64,000 nt of DNA from an uncultured Methanosarcinaceae archaeon (GTDB lineage: Archaea; Halobacteriota; Methanosarcinia; Methanosarcinales; Methanosarcinaceae): contig CAWHXP010000007.1 in NCBI GenBank assembly GCA_963833425.1, positions 192,001-256,000 on the forward strand. Reading direction: 5' to 3'. Below are positions 37,380 to 48,900 of the stretch, piece after piece (within the stretch, counting starts at the first letter, position 1; each line of letters starts with the position of its first letter). A model generated the notes under the pieces. It saw nothing but the letters and a program-made list of their open reading frames with translations, had not been told where the DNA came from and made no database searches. A program made the position numbers and the translations under genes.

Positions 37380-38064
37380 CTAGAAATCAGATTTATCTAA
37401 TCTTTTTAAGGCAAGTCCTTTACCGTCCCAAGCTGCTGGATTCTGTGAATCAATTTCAATTGCTTGGTTAAGTGCTGCTATTGCTTCTTCATGCTTGTTT
37501 AAAGTATTAAGAGCAAATCCTCTATTGCACCAAGCTATTGAATTATGCTGGTTAATTTTAATTATTTCGTCAAATGCTTCTATGCTTCATCGTATTTATT
37601 TCCAATAATTAGAGAAAGTCCTTTACCGTCCCAAGCTGAGGGATCTTGTAGATTAATTTCAATTGCTTTGTCAAATGCTTGTATTGCTTCATCAAATTTA
37701 TTTAAACCAATTAGAGTAAGTCCGTTACTTGTCCAAGCATCCGGTTTCTGCGGATTAATTTCGATTGCTTTGTCAAATGCTTTTAGTGCTCCTTCAGGTT
37801 TTTGTAATATAACTAGATCAAGTCCTTTTAGGTACCAAGCTTCTGAATCCTGCGGGTTAATCTCAATTGCTGTGTCCTGGGTTTTCATATCTTTTTCGAA
37901 ATAATTTTTTAAATCAAGGTGATTGTTGCTGCCTGAGTTTGGAACATCTGCAAGTTGCTTAGCACCTGAGGTGCCCACTAGGATAAAAACTACCAGTGAA
38001 ATATCCCCTAAAACCGCTAAGCTCTATGCTTTCTACTTACGTTATCACATTTGTCTTCGTTCAT
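37380..38064 (-). pseudogene. Tetratricopeptide-repeat protein, frameshifted
   Basis: Repeated A..AFDKAIEINP...AW..KG units, with frameshifts near 37580 and in the N-terminal hydrophobic segment. Confidence 0.8.
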
Positions 38065-38499
38065 TTTCAATCTCTCGATTCTTATTTAGATATTAATTCT
38101 CAAAAATAACTACAAATGACAAATTAATAATACTTCACTCTGCAAAGTAAACCTTTTACTAAATAAATATATTTATATTTAAATTAAAAGATCAATTACG
38201 TTACTTTTAGCTGTTATATTTTTAAAAAATTTTAAGATTACCAACAGGACAACAGCATTTTAACTTGCAAAACAGGTATTTTGAAAAAATTAACCTAAAT
38301 TCCAACACAAGCCAAAAAAAGCTGCATTGTAAGGTAGAACCTAGTCATCTAAAAAACAATGACGCATAGTTTTTATAGTAAAAACCTATGCATTTTAAGG
38401 TTCCGATAATTCAAACTCATGGATCAACACTTTACAGCTGTTCAATCATTTTAGCATGAAATCAAAACACTCGTAGTACTTATGACAGGTTACAAATTT

Positions 38500-38628
38500 T
38501 TAGTGTCCTTTGTTGCTGTGATGGAATGCGTTTTCGCTTATTGCAGGAGATATTATTGTTGCTACAAAAAAAACAACTAGTAAAATACCCAGTAGTTTTT
38601 TCGTTTGGTTGCGTGCTTGCTTTCCCAT
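38500..38628 (-). CDS. 42-aa ORF that is almost entirely a signal-peptide-like sequence
   Basis: Manual translation: MGKQARNQTKKLLGILLVVFFVATIISPAISENAFHHSNKGH*. Confidence 0.45.
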   Translation of the reverse strand: MGKQARNQTKKLLGILLVVFFVATIISPAISENAFHHSNKGH

Positions 38629-39873
38629 TTGTCTAGATTCCTAACTCTTGTTCAATTTTATCATTAGTTCGATAAACGCCATTTTTTTAGTATATCAAAA
38701 TGTTAATGCAATGGCTATGGAGACACGGTAATGATGATAGTGATGATCATCTTGTTCCTAACAACCTGTGTTGGCATTTGTCGCTGTCTTAGAGAATAAC
38801 AACACTCAAAATTAGAGTGCAATTAATTTCTTAGACATAATACGAATTATATAATCTATATATAAAAAATTTTAGCAGGATAAATATGTAAGATGGAGAA
38901 ATTTCTGGTTTTAATCGGGGAAAAAAGGTAGTGAAAAAGTAAAATAAAAGTTAATGAATAATATTGGTAGCAATTTTTGATTTGGCCAGTGTATCGAAAG
39001 GTCAGTAAATTCCTATTGACTTTGTACCTTTTCTTTACCAAAAAAATAAGATTTATCTTGTTTAATGCATAGGTTTTATCACAAAACCTGTTTATGTAAT
39101 GAATTTAAGCCAGTAAATCATTAGTTGTCCTGGTGAGCTGCAGTCTATTGATGTCTTTGAGACCTGGTTAAAATCATAAAAGAATACTAGCCAGGAATGA
39201 AAATAAAGCTTTACTTATGAATAAAATTCGAATTCGCCCAAAAAAAATAGTTTAAATTTATGTATATGTAGCACTTGACAATCTAAATTTATAAGAACAT
39301 TCTAGAAATTACTCAGCTGACGCGCAGAATCAAGTACACATGCATTATGAATTGATTTTTTTGTTTGTGAGCATAAACCGTTTTTTACGATTGATTTTTC
39401 AGTTTAACTGAGTGATTCCAGCTTAATTTTTAATGCTCTTGATTCTCCACAAGCAAGCTTAGATTTTCTCACAAAAACATATGTGTTTTCGATTTTCATA
39501 TTTGCTATCATCTCTTTTTTTCAGATGCTTAGATTATCTTTATTTGTTTTTTGTTCTGTAAGCTACAGACGTTTGAGAAAAATATGGATTTTTTGTTACA
39601 TCCTTGGAAGTGGGATATGAGCAAAAAAAAGATTCAATTTTGAAGAGTTCCTTTCGTTTTTGAGGTCTACACTATTTTTGATTTTAATGAATTAAGGGAT
39701 CTATCCTTAATTTTATGACAGATAGGTAATGACTTTTCTTGTGTCTTTTAATTAGAGCGCAGAAGAATTAAAGACTCTGATCTATCCATCACATACAACT
39801 ATTGTCGTCATAATTTGTGTCACCATTATCACTTTAAGACTCCCATCCATTCTCACGATTATTGCATTAACAT

Positions 39874-40485
39874 TCATATCCAAATGGTTGGAATTGCGCC
39901 AACTGCTGGGGTTGCAGCAGTCGCTGGGGTTGCAGCAGTCGCTGGGGTTGCAGCAGTCGCTGGGGTTGCAGCAGTCGCTGGGGTTGCAGCAGTCGCTGGG
40001 GTTGCAGCAGTCGCTGGGGTTGCAGCAGTCGCTGGGGTTGCAGCAGTCGCTGGGGTTGCAGCAGTCGCTGGGGTTGCAGCAGTCGCTGGAGTTGCAGCAG
40101 TCGCTGGGGTTGCAGCAGTCGCTGGGGTTGCAGCAGTCGCTGGGGTTGCAGCAGTCGCTGGGGTTGCAGCAGTCGCTGGGGTTGCAGCAGTCGCTGGGGT
40201 TGCAGCAGTCGCTGGGGTTGCAGCAGTCGCTGGAGTTGCAGCAGTCGCTGGGGTTGCAGCAGTCGCTGGGGTTGCAGCAGTCGCTGGAGTTGCAGCAGTC
40301 GCTGGGGTTGCAGCAGTCGCTGGAACTACGCCAATTGTACCCCATTCCCAATCTGGACCCCCATAATCATCATGATATGGATATGCGATTGTTGCTATAG
40401 CTGTCAAAGACACCAAAAGGGAAACTGCCAGCAAAATAGGCAGTGCTTTTTTTATTATACGTGCTGATTGTTTCAACAATTTCAC
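39874..40485 (-). CDS. Putative secreted (PATAAT)23 repeat protein, antifreeze-glycoprotein-like backbone
   Basis: GTG start, a basic plus hydrophobic signal-like N-terminus, a short aromatic/acidic linker, 138 aa of perfect PATAAT and the tail PAVGAIPTIWI. Repeat variants are synonymous in this frame. Confidence 0.75.
   Translation of the reverse strand: MKLLKQSARIIKKALPILLAVSLLVSLTAIATIAYPYHDDYGGPDWEWGTIGVVPATAATPATAATPATAATPATAATPATAATPATAATPATAATPATAATPATAATPATAATPATAATPATAATPATAATPATAATPATAATPATAATPATAATPATAATPATAATPATAATPATAATPATAATPATAATPAVGAIPTIWI
39910..40323. repeat. 18-bp tandem repeat, 23 copies
   Basis: Unit ggttgcagcagtcgctgg, with only three G>A variants (~40090, 40234, 40288). 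Confidence 0.97.
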
Positions 40486-41380
40486 TCCTATGTATTACTC
40501 AAATTATACTATATACGGATTTAATAGAGTTTGTTTTTCATTAGTTTTTTTATTTATCTATCATGAATATGATGAATAATAATAATGCTTATGCGTTTGA
40601 GGAAGAAAATAAGGCACTACAAGAGCGAGAAAATTTATCATAAAGATTGTGCTTAAGATAATTTTAACTTTCATACTACTTTTTTCGCATTTCAACCCAT
40701 AAGCACTATAAAATATATCGATTAAAATTTAAAGTTACTTATAAAATTTGAAAATTTATCATTAGTTAATTACAACACTTTAAAGCAGAGTCGTTTGTTA
40801 GAATATAACTAAATTGATTATTAACCGCAATAAACTCTGAATCTCTTAATATCTCCTATCAGAATGTTAGCAAGAAGCAGCCGAAAATTACATACGAAAT
40901 CATGGGCGAAGTTAACGCTTATAATCATCTGGATAAAAATCCATTTTTATATGTCTATAAAACGCAGAACAATTGAATATAATATTAGTGTTCTTGCTAC
41001 CCCCACTCACCTAATTTCAATCCACTTGAAATATGTAGGGTAGATTTAAAGAAGGGCATTTAAAGAAATATATCTAGTCAATTACGCTACTTAGAAAACT
41101 AATAAGGGATGAATATACAAAATTGACTAAATCAAAACCTCTTGCTAAGAATTAGATGGAAAAATTTGAAATATAAACAAAAAATGCAGTAACTTACTAA
41201 TATAACCACAAAAGATTTCGATAAACCCTAATTTTTGGCTGTTGGTTCATAAACTACATGCTAACAACCTATTGAAATCGGACGTCTATCGAATTTCGCT
41301 ATGAAACAAGAACTATTTGAAAAGTGTTCTCCAAAAAAATTCAGGCAAACATTTCCGAAGAGTTCTAAGAAACTCAAAAA

Positions 41381-41839
41381 TCATTCCTGCTTCTTTAATT
41401 TGGATTTATCCTTTTGCTTAGACCTCCTTTGTTTGAAAACCGAGGGCAAGTGCAGGGCATAAGAACCTTCTTCTCTGATTGCCATAACTAGCTCTTTCCT
41501 TTCCAAAAGAGAATCAAGATTAAGTTCATAAGACCCTGGTCCAAGAATCCTCACAGATTCTACCCTTTCTTCTTCTACTATCCCCTCGGTTTCAAATTCC
41601 TTTTTTTTGTTTTCCTGCTCAGAGGCAAGAGCCTCATCAATACTCCTAACAACTCCATCCAGAGAGGATTCAAGATCCAATTTCTGTTCTCCCATAGCGG
41701 GCTTTCGTTGGATTTCCGAGCTTTCTGACTCCTTTTTAGCGTAAAGGAATTTGTTCCAGCCGCAGGTAGGGCAACCGCTCAAGATGACAGAATCTCCGTC
41801 TTCAAAAATGGTTCCGCATCTGGTGCATCTGTGGGGCAT
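41381..41839 (-). CDS. Zn-ribbon protein (DUF2072/OapC-like)
   Basis: MPHRCTRCG..GCPTCGWNKF and ESVRILGPGSYELNL. Confidence 0.85.
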   Translation of the reverse strand: MPHRCTRCGTIFEDGDSVILSGCPTCGWNKFLYAKKESESSEIQRKPAMGEQKLDLESSLDGVVRSIDEALASEQENKKKEFETEGIVEEERVESVRILGPGSYELNLDSLLERKELVMAIREEGSYALHLPSVFKQRRSKQKDKSKLKKQE

Positions 41840-42246
41840 GAATTCACCGATCAATATATGAGTATAAACTAATTTGTTGAAACTGATATAAGCATACAGT
41901 CGGTAACTTAAAGCAAGTTTAAATTAATATCCTAAACGATATATCTATGTTATACATCTCAATTGTACTTTTAATAAACACTCTGAACAGATATCTATAT
42001 TTGTATTTGCTGCTTAATATTTGCTTTTAAGAGGAAAAGCTATTCTCACTGGTAAAGGCAAAAAAACCATATACGATCGTAAAATCTCCTTAACTTTTCG
42101 GTAGACAAATATAGAGCCTCCATTCTGATGATGCACAAGTCTATATAATTTGTTTGCCCATTTGCCCACTGTTCATAAGTATCTATTGCATCAAAATAGT
42201 TATACTACATCTGATTTTTTGTGGGCTGGATAGTTATATAAATTCT

Positions 42247-42972
42247 TTATAAAATTTGCCAGTACTGTTTCCCCCCGGTTATTTTGGAGCTGACTCTGCA
42301 AACTCTTTCCATCTCTTCCATAACTTCAGGAATCCGTCCTGGCTGGGTGATTTCAAAGACTATTGGATCAATTGCATGGTTTATGTAAAGGCTGTGTTTT
42401 AGATCTTCAAGGCTCCAGCATTTTTTAGGATATTTTTTCATACATTTGGTAAGGATACTAATCATATCTTCCATAAAGTTCCAAGGATAGACAATCCAGG
42501 CCCAATCTTCGAGTCGCTCTCCCACATAATCAGGGTCAATTTTTGAACTTCCAAGATACTGCAGTGAAGCTGTTCTTACTTCTATAGGATTCCGGCTTTC
42601 CACGTAAGTTTTAGCACTTAGCATACTCTCTCCGGTATCGACAATATCATCCACTATAAGCACTTTTTTGCCTTCCATAACATTATCTGGGAGAGGATAT
42701 TTAATAAAAGGCTCACCGCTGTAGATAGCCATGGTTCCTATATAATGCTCTATTTTCAGACTGGACAAGTCATCTAAACCCAGAAAATCACAGATTACAC
42801 GCCCTGCAAACCAGCCTCCTCTGGCAAGCGCAATAATTACGTCAGGTTCATATCTTGAATGTTTTATTTTCGTCGATATTTTTCGACACAAACCATAAAT
42901 GTAATCCCAATTAGTAAGCACACATTTGAATGATTCTATGCAAATCCCCCCATAATCCGGAATTTGGCGCAT
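42247..42972 (-). CDS. Type I phosphoribosyltransferase (purine-salvage-like)
   Basis: IALARGG, the PRPP loop VLIVDDIVDTGES and WIVYPW. Confidence 0.9.
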   Translation of the reverse strand: MRQIPDYGGICIESFKCVLTNWDYIYGLCRKISTKIKHSRYEPDVIIALARGGWFAGRVICDFLGLDDLSSLKIEHYIGTMAIYSGEPFIKYPLPDNVMEGKKVLIVDDIVDTGESMLSAKTYVESRNPIEVRTASLQYLGSSKIDPDYVGERLEDWAWIVYPWNFMEDMISILTKCMKKYPKKCWSLEDLKHSLYINHAIDPIVFEITQPGRIPEVMEEMERVCRVSSKITGGKQYWQIL

Positions 42973-43441
42973 ATGGAGACGCTCAACGTTTCATGAGCAT
43001 TCATTTTTCAAGTTCCTTCTACACATATAAAACTTAAACTGGTAAAGAAAATCCTTTGTTCAATACAATGCTTATTATATTACAAATAAATATATTTTTA
43101 CTCGGTGTCTATGAAAAATTAATTCGAGAACTACAAGTAATCCTCGTATTAAAAAATGTTTTTAAAATATATCGTTCTATAAATTTAGTAAGTTGAAGGA
43201 AATTTGAGCAAATTTAGGATAATTTTGATAAACCTTTTACCTCAATGAACCCCGAATTTACTCCATAGAATTAACAGACCAAAAAATGAATTTTTTGAAA
43301 TCCCTTTTAAAAATTTGCATCTAATTTCTATTCTAAAAAATCTAACTTTTCGATTAAAAAGATATCAACCACACAAATATTTATCAGAAATCATTTTTTA
43401 CCATCATTATCGGGCGGTAATAACTTTTTTATTCAAATGAT

Positions 43442-44479
43442 CTAAATTACTAACAAGTCATTTTTCACCATCATTCTGACCAGTTCTTCGAAACTAACTT
43501 TTGTTTTCCATCCGAGTTTTTCTCTGGCTCTTGAAGAATCTCCTATCAGCAGATCCACTTCTGTGGGTCTATAAAAAGTCGGATCAACTTCAACAAGTAT
43601 TCTTCCACTGTCAACATCTCTACCTATTTCGTTAACACCTTCACCTTCCCACTCCAGATTAATGCCAGCTTCTTTGAATGCAAGTTCAGTAAATTCTCTA
43701 ACGGAATGAGTCTCTCCTGTTGCTATGACATAATCATCGGGTTTATCTTGCTGCAAAATAAGCCACATGGCTTCTACATAGTCACCTGCAAAGCCCCAGT
43801 CACGTTTGGCATTGAGATTTCCAAGGTACAGCTTATCTATGAGTCCTTTTTTAATTTTTGATACAGCTATTGTAATCTTCCTAGTAACAAAATTTTCTCC
43901 TCTCAACGGAGATTCATGATTGAAAAGGATACCATTGCAAGCAAACATACCATAAGCTTCACGATAGTTTATTGCAATCCAGTAAGCATATAGTTTAGCT
44001 ATTGAGTAAGGACTTCGAGGATAGAAAGGCGTAGCTTCATTTTGAGGAATCTCGCGTACTTTGCCAAATAATTCACTTGTTGATGCCTGATAGAATTTAG
44101 ATTTATCTTCAAGCCCCAAAATTCTTATTGCTTCTAAAATACGAAGTGTTCCTAGTCCATCAGAATTTGTAGTATATTCAGGAGTCTCAAAAGAAACCTG
44201 AACATGGCTTTGTGCGCCAAGATTATAGATTTCATCCGGCTCTATGTCTTTAATGAGCCTTACAATGTTCGCTGAATCCGTCAAGTCTCCATAATGCAAT
44301 AAAAGATTAGAGCCATTTTGATGCGAATTTTCTTTCAGGAGATGATCTATACGTTTTGTATTACTCAGAGACGCGCTTCTGTACATTCCATGCACCGTGT
44401 AACCTTTATTCAGCATAAATTCTGTAAGATAAGCTCCGTCCTGCCCGGTTATACCTGTGATTAATGCTACTTTAGACAT
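43442..44479 (-). CDS. gmd: GDP-mannose 4,6-dehydratase
   Basis: [36 protein letters not shown] and RDWG. Confidence 0.95.
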   Translation of the reverse strand: MSKVALITGITGQDGAYLTEFMLNKGYTVHGMYRSASLSNTKRIDHLLKENSHQNGSNLLLHYGDLTDSANIVRLIKDIEPDEIYNLGAQSHVQVSFETPEYTTNSDGLGTLRILEAIRILGLEDKSKFYQASTSELFGKVREIPQNEATPFYPRSPYSIAKLYAYWIAINYREAYGMFACNGILFNHESPLRGENFVTRKITIAVSKIKKGLIDKLYLGNLNAKRDWGFAGDYVEAMWLILQQDKPDDYVIATGETHSVREFTELAFKEAGINLEWEGEGVNEIGRDVDSGRILVEVDPTFYRPTEVDLLIGDSSRAREKLGWKTKVSFEELVRMMVKNDLLVI

Positions 44480-44510
44480 TTTACCACACTACATTAAACA
44501 AATATAAGTC

Positions 44511-45536
44511 CTAATATTTTGCAAATTCAAGATCGTCTTTAACCATCATTTTGACCAATTCATAAAAATTCGTCCTGGGTACCCATCCGAGTTTTTCTCT
44601 AGCTTTTGAAGGATCCCCAACTAATAAGCTTGACTCTATAGGCCTGTAAAACTGTGGATCCACTTCAATAAGGATCTCACCTGTTGCAGCATTTCTCCCT
44701 TTTTTATCTAGCCCTTTTCCTTCCCATTTGATTTCGATTCCAGCTTCCCTAAATGCAAATTCCGCCAGATCCTTTACCGAATGTGTTTCACCTGTAGCGA
44801 TCACATAATCATCCGGTTTATCCTTCTGCAACATGAGCCACATAGCTTCAACATAGTCTCCTGCAAAGCCCCAATCTCTTTTTGCATTTAGATTTCCCAG
44901 ATACAGTTTCTTCTGGAGTCCTTCTTTTATTTTAACTGCGGCCTTGGTAACCTTTCTCGTAACAAAACTATCTGGTCTTATTGGTGATTCGTGATTAAAC
45001 AATATGCCATTGCAGACGAACATTTCATAAGCTTCGCGATAATTCACACAGATCCAGTACGCATACAACTTTGATACTGCATAAGGGTTTAGGGGGCTGA
45101 AGGGAGTATTTTCATTTTTTGGGGTTTCCAGAGAGTTTCCGAATAATTCGCCAGTGGAAGCCTGAAAAAACTTTGTTTTGTCTTCAAGTCCGAGGGTTCG
45201 AATCGCTTCTAGGAGGCGCAGGGTGCCTAATGCATTTATTTCTGCGGTATATTCCGGTCGGTCAAAAGAAGTGGGTACATTGCTTTGAGCCGCTAGGTTA
45301 TAAATCTCGTCCGGACGTACCTCTTTGAGAATTCTTATAATTTTTGAATAATCTGTCATGTCACATAAGTGAAACTGTTGATTATTATTTATTATATATT
45401 CTTTCTTAGATCCTGTGCTAGTAGCAGAAGATTCTCTCTTTATTCCATGCACGACGTACCCTTTATCTAATAAAAATTTTGAAAGATACGTCCCATCTTG
45501 ACCTGTTACGCCTGTGATCAGTGCAATCTTTGTCAA
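44511..45536 (-). CDS. gmd: GDP-mannose 4,6-dehydratase, second divergent copy
   Basis: [29 protein letters not shown] and LFNHESP. Confidence 0.92.
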   Translation of the reverse strand: MTKIALITGVTGQDGTYLSKFLLDKGYVVHGIKRESSATSTGSKKEYIINNNQQFHLCDMTDYSKIIRILKEVRPDEIYNLAAQSNVPTSFDRPEYTAEINALGTLRLLEAIRTLGLEDKTKFFQASTGELFGNSLETPKNENTPFSPLNPYAVSKLYAYWICVNYREAYEMFVCNGILFNHESPIRPDSFVTRKVTKAAVKIKEGLQKKLYLGNLNAKRDWGFAGDYVEAMWLMLQKDKPDDYVIATGETHSVKDLAEFAFREAGIEIKWEGKGLDKKGRNAATGEILIEVDPQFYRPIESSLLVGDPSKAREKLGWVPRTNFYELVKMMVKDDLEFAKY

Positions 45537-45963
45537 GGAATCACCTTATTTTGCTCCTATATCTATCCTGCAGAAAATAGAACATTTATTTATCAAAAAG
45601 TTAACTCCCTATGCAGAAAGCATACTTCTTAAACTATATAAATTATTTGATACATCCAATATTTTCGAATCTCTTCATTTTCTGAACCTTCGCAAATAAG
45701 ATGAAAATCGAAAAAATTATTTAAAGTAATGGAGTTATAGTTTGTGATAACTAAAAACTACTCACCCTTGTATGGAGTTAGTCACTTTATTGTCTGTATT
45801 CCTGATTTATACAGCATGTTAGATATAATAAATTTACAAACAATCATATTATAGCACCAAAATTTTTTTTATTATTTCATGTATAACATCACTATCAATT
45901 CCATAAAGTTCGTGATCAGAGATCTTGGGTAAAATTCTTCCAGTTCAAGGACTTTGCGCAGAC

Positions 45964-48900
45964 ATGCTTAAGAGAGCGATGCGTAATCTGCTTTTTAATA
46001 CTAAAGCCACGTTGAATAAAATTAATTAATACTGTTCATGATGAACTTGCTTTTAAATGCAAGGCAGAAAAAGCTGAAATAACGCTCAGAAACAACCGTA
46101 TTCTTAAGGCAATCAATCGGATCTTCAGCATTGTAGTACAGGATAAGACAGAAGAAGATCTGGGAAAAGAGTGCCTTGCTGTAGGTCTATAAGTGACAGG
46201 CAGTCCGCTCGGTTTCGTCAATTTAATGGGTGATTATGGGCTACTGCTCGATATTTTGATCAGCGACATTTGGTTGGAACAGTGCCTGATGTACGACAAG
46301 ACTGGCCATCGCCGTCCTCCGGGAAATTTTGTCGTGCATGGCTTGTATGGTAATGTCATTAAAAACGGGAAGGGATTTTTTACTAACGATCCACTATCAC
46401 ATCAAGATAGTATCGGCGTGACACACGGTCATCCCCAACTCACTTCATTTCTTGGCGTACCCCTAAATCTTAGATGAGAAAATAGTAGGCATGCTGGGGG
46501 CTGCAAACAGAGAAGGGAGCTATAGATGCGAGCAGCAGGAAGATCTTGTAACTATCGTACCAGCAATTGTGCAAGCTCTACATAGGAAAGGAGCCGAAAA
46601 GAAACTGCAGGAAAGCGAGGAGCAATAAAAGGCATTTTGAGAATAGTATTGATGCCGTTCTTCTCACATCACCAGATGGAACCATTGTTGCAGCTAATGC
46701 AGACGCCTGCCGGATCTTCGGTATGACCGGGAGGGAGAAATCATCAGAGCTGGTAGAGAAGGGGTTGTAGATACATCTGATCCAAGACGCCATCCTGCCC
46801 TGGAGGAAAGGGCCAAGACGGGCAAATTTAAGGGGGAGCTCAATTACAAGCGGAACGACGGTACAATTTTTTCAGGCGAGGTATCGACTACATTATTCAA
46901 GGGTAAAGATGACTCGATGAGAACCTTTACGATCATTAGGGATATTACCGAGCGCAAACAGGGACAGGAGATACTACAAAAGAACGAGTATTAGTACCGT
47001 CGTCTATTTGAGAATATTCAGGAAATGATCACTGTTTACGAGGTAGAGCGAGACTATGAGGGAAGGATCATCGAGCGCAGGCTGATCGATGGCAATCCAT
47101 AATTTGTTCGCACAACTAAATACGCTTCCATAGACTAGATTCGTACCAAGACTTCTAGCGAGGTCTTTGGGGAGAATGGGCGGACAATCACTTGTAGGCT
47201 GTTAAAGAAGCTATGGATAGAAATGAGGTGTGGACTCCGGAAGTGTACTTGAGCGAGTCAGACCGCTACTATATCACCATCATCATCCCTTTAGACACAA
47301 ACACCTACATTGGAACTGACCGAGACATCACCGAACTAAAAAATATAGAAAAGGCCCTTAAAGAAGGCAAAAATATCTACCGTGCGATAGGCGAATCCAT
47401 CGACTACGGCGTGTGGGTATGTGATCCAGATGGACGCAACACTTACGCCAGCCCTTCCTTTCTCAAGATGATTGGCTTAACACAACAACAATGTTCGGAT
47501 TTTGGATGGGGTGATTCCACCTCGACGATGCCGAACGCACCATCGCAGCGTGGCAGGAGCGTGTCAGGACCGAAGGCAGCTGGGATATCAAGCATCGCTT
47601 CCACGGTGTGGACGACAAATGACATAAACATATTGGCGCATGGCGTCCCCGTTCGGGACGACGCGGGGAAAATTGCGTGTTGGGCCGGTATCAATCTCGA
47701 CATCAGCGATATAGCGAAAACCTAAATGGCCTTGCATGAAAGTGAAGCGCGGTTCCGTACGATGGTTAGTGCGATCCCACAATTGGCTTGGAATGCTCAT
47801 CCAGATGGCTATATTTACTGGTATAACGAGCGCTGGTATTCTTATACTTGCACAACACCGGAGCAGATGGAAGACTGGGGCTGGCAGAGCGTTCACGATC
47901 CTGAAGTGCTACCAAAAGTACTGGAGCAGTTGAAGGCTTCGATTGCTACTGGCCAGATGTTTGATATGGAGTTCCCACTTCGCGGCGCCGATTGTATTTT
48001 TCGCCCCTTCCTTACGCGTGTTTTGCCTTTGAAAGATGTCAATGGAAATGTCATTCAGTGGTTTGGGACAAATACGGACATCACTGAGCTCAAGAGGGGA
48101 GAGCAGGAAAGTGAGACTACGGTGGAGTTTTTGGATCTCATAAGCGAGACCACGGGGATGGTAGATTTGGGTCATTCTGCCGATAATTTCTTCCAAGATC
48201 GCTCCGGCTTCGAAGCCGTAGGCATCCGACTCAAAGATGGCAATGATTATCCTTACTTCGAAACTTCTGGTTTTTCCAAGTATTCATGAGGTTTGGAAAC
48301 AGTCTCTGTGTACTGAACGATTTTGGACAGCCTATATGCGATAGTGATGGCTATCAGATTCATGAATGCATGCATGAAACGTCATCTGCGGAAGATTCGA
48401 CCCCTCTAAACCCTTCATCACAGCGCGGGGAAATTTCTGGGCCAACAGTTCCGTGGTACAGTTGGCCACTACTACTGAAGCTGATCACCTAGCCCGCACG
48501 CGCAATAGATGCAATGGTGAAGAGTATGAATCCGTAGCCATGATAGCTTTACGCGTGGGTAAGGATAGACGGGTTTTTCTCCAGTTGAAAGATAGACAAA
48601 AGAGCAGTTTACCGTGGAAACTATTTCAATGTGGGAACGGCTAGCAGACTATTTGTCCGTTGCCCTTACCAAGGCGCAGGCTGAGGAATCTTTACAGGAA
48701 GCATACGAGAATCTCCAAATGAAGTCCGAGGAGTTGCATGTTCAGTCTGAAGAAATTCAGGCACAAAACAAAGAGTTACAAACTCAATCAGAGGAATTTC
48801 GCAAAGCATATGAAACCCTGCTGGAGAGTGAGGCAAAGTACCGCGACCTATTCGAGACTGTGAGGAGGTCTTCTACATTGATCTGCTCATCTACGATGAA

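Noticed and set aside
39910..40323. CRISPR array
   Set aside because: The units are contiguous 18-mers with no unique spacers, and there are no cas genes.
39782..40400. Alternative repeat ORFs (SDCCNP)n, (AGVAAV)n and (LQQSLG)n as real proteins, e.g. a metallothionein
   Set aside because: They are open only because the repeat lacks stops, and they have no credible leader. Unit variants are non-silent in two of them, and the third is the antisense mirror of the PATAAT frame.
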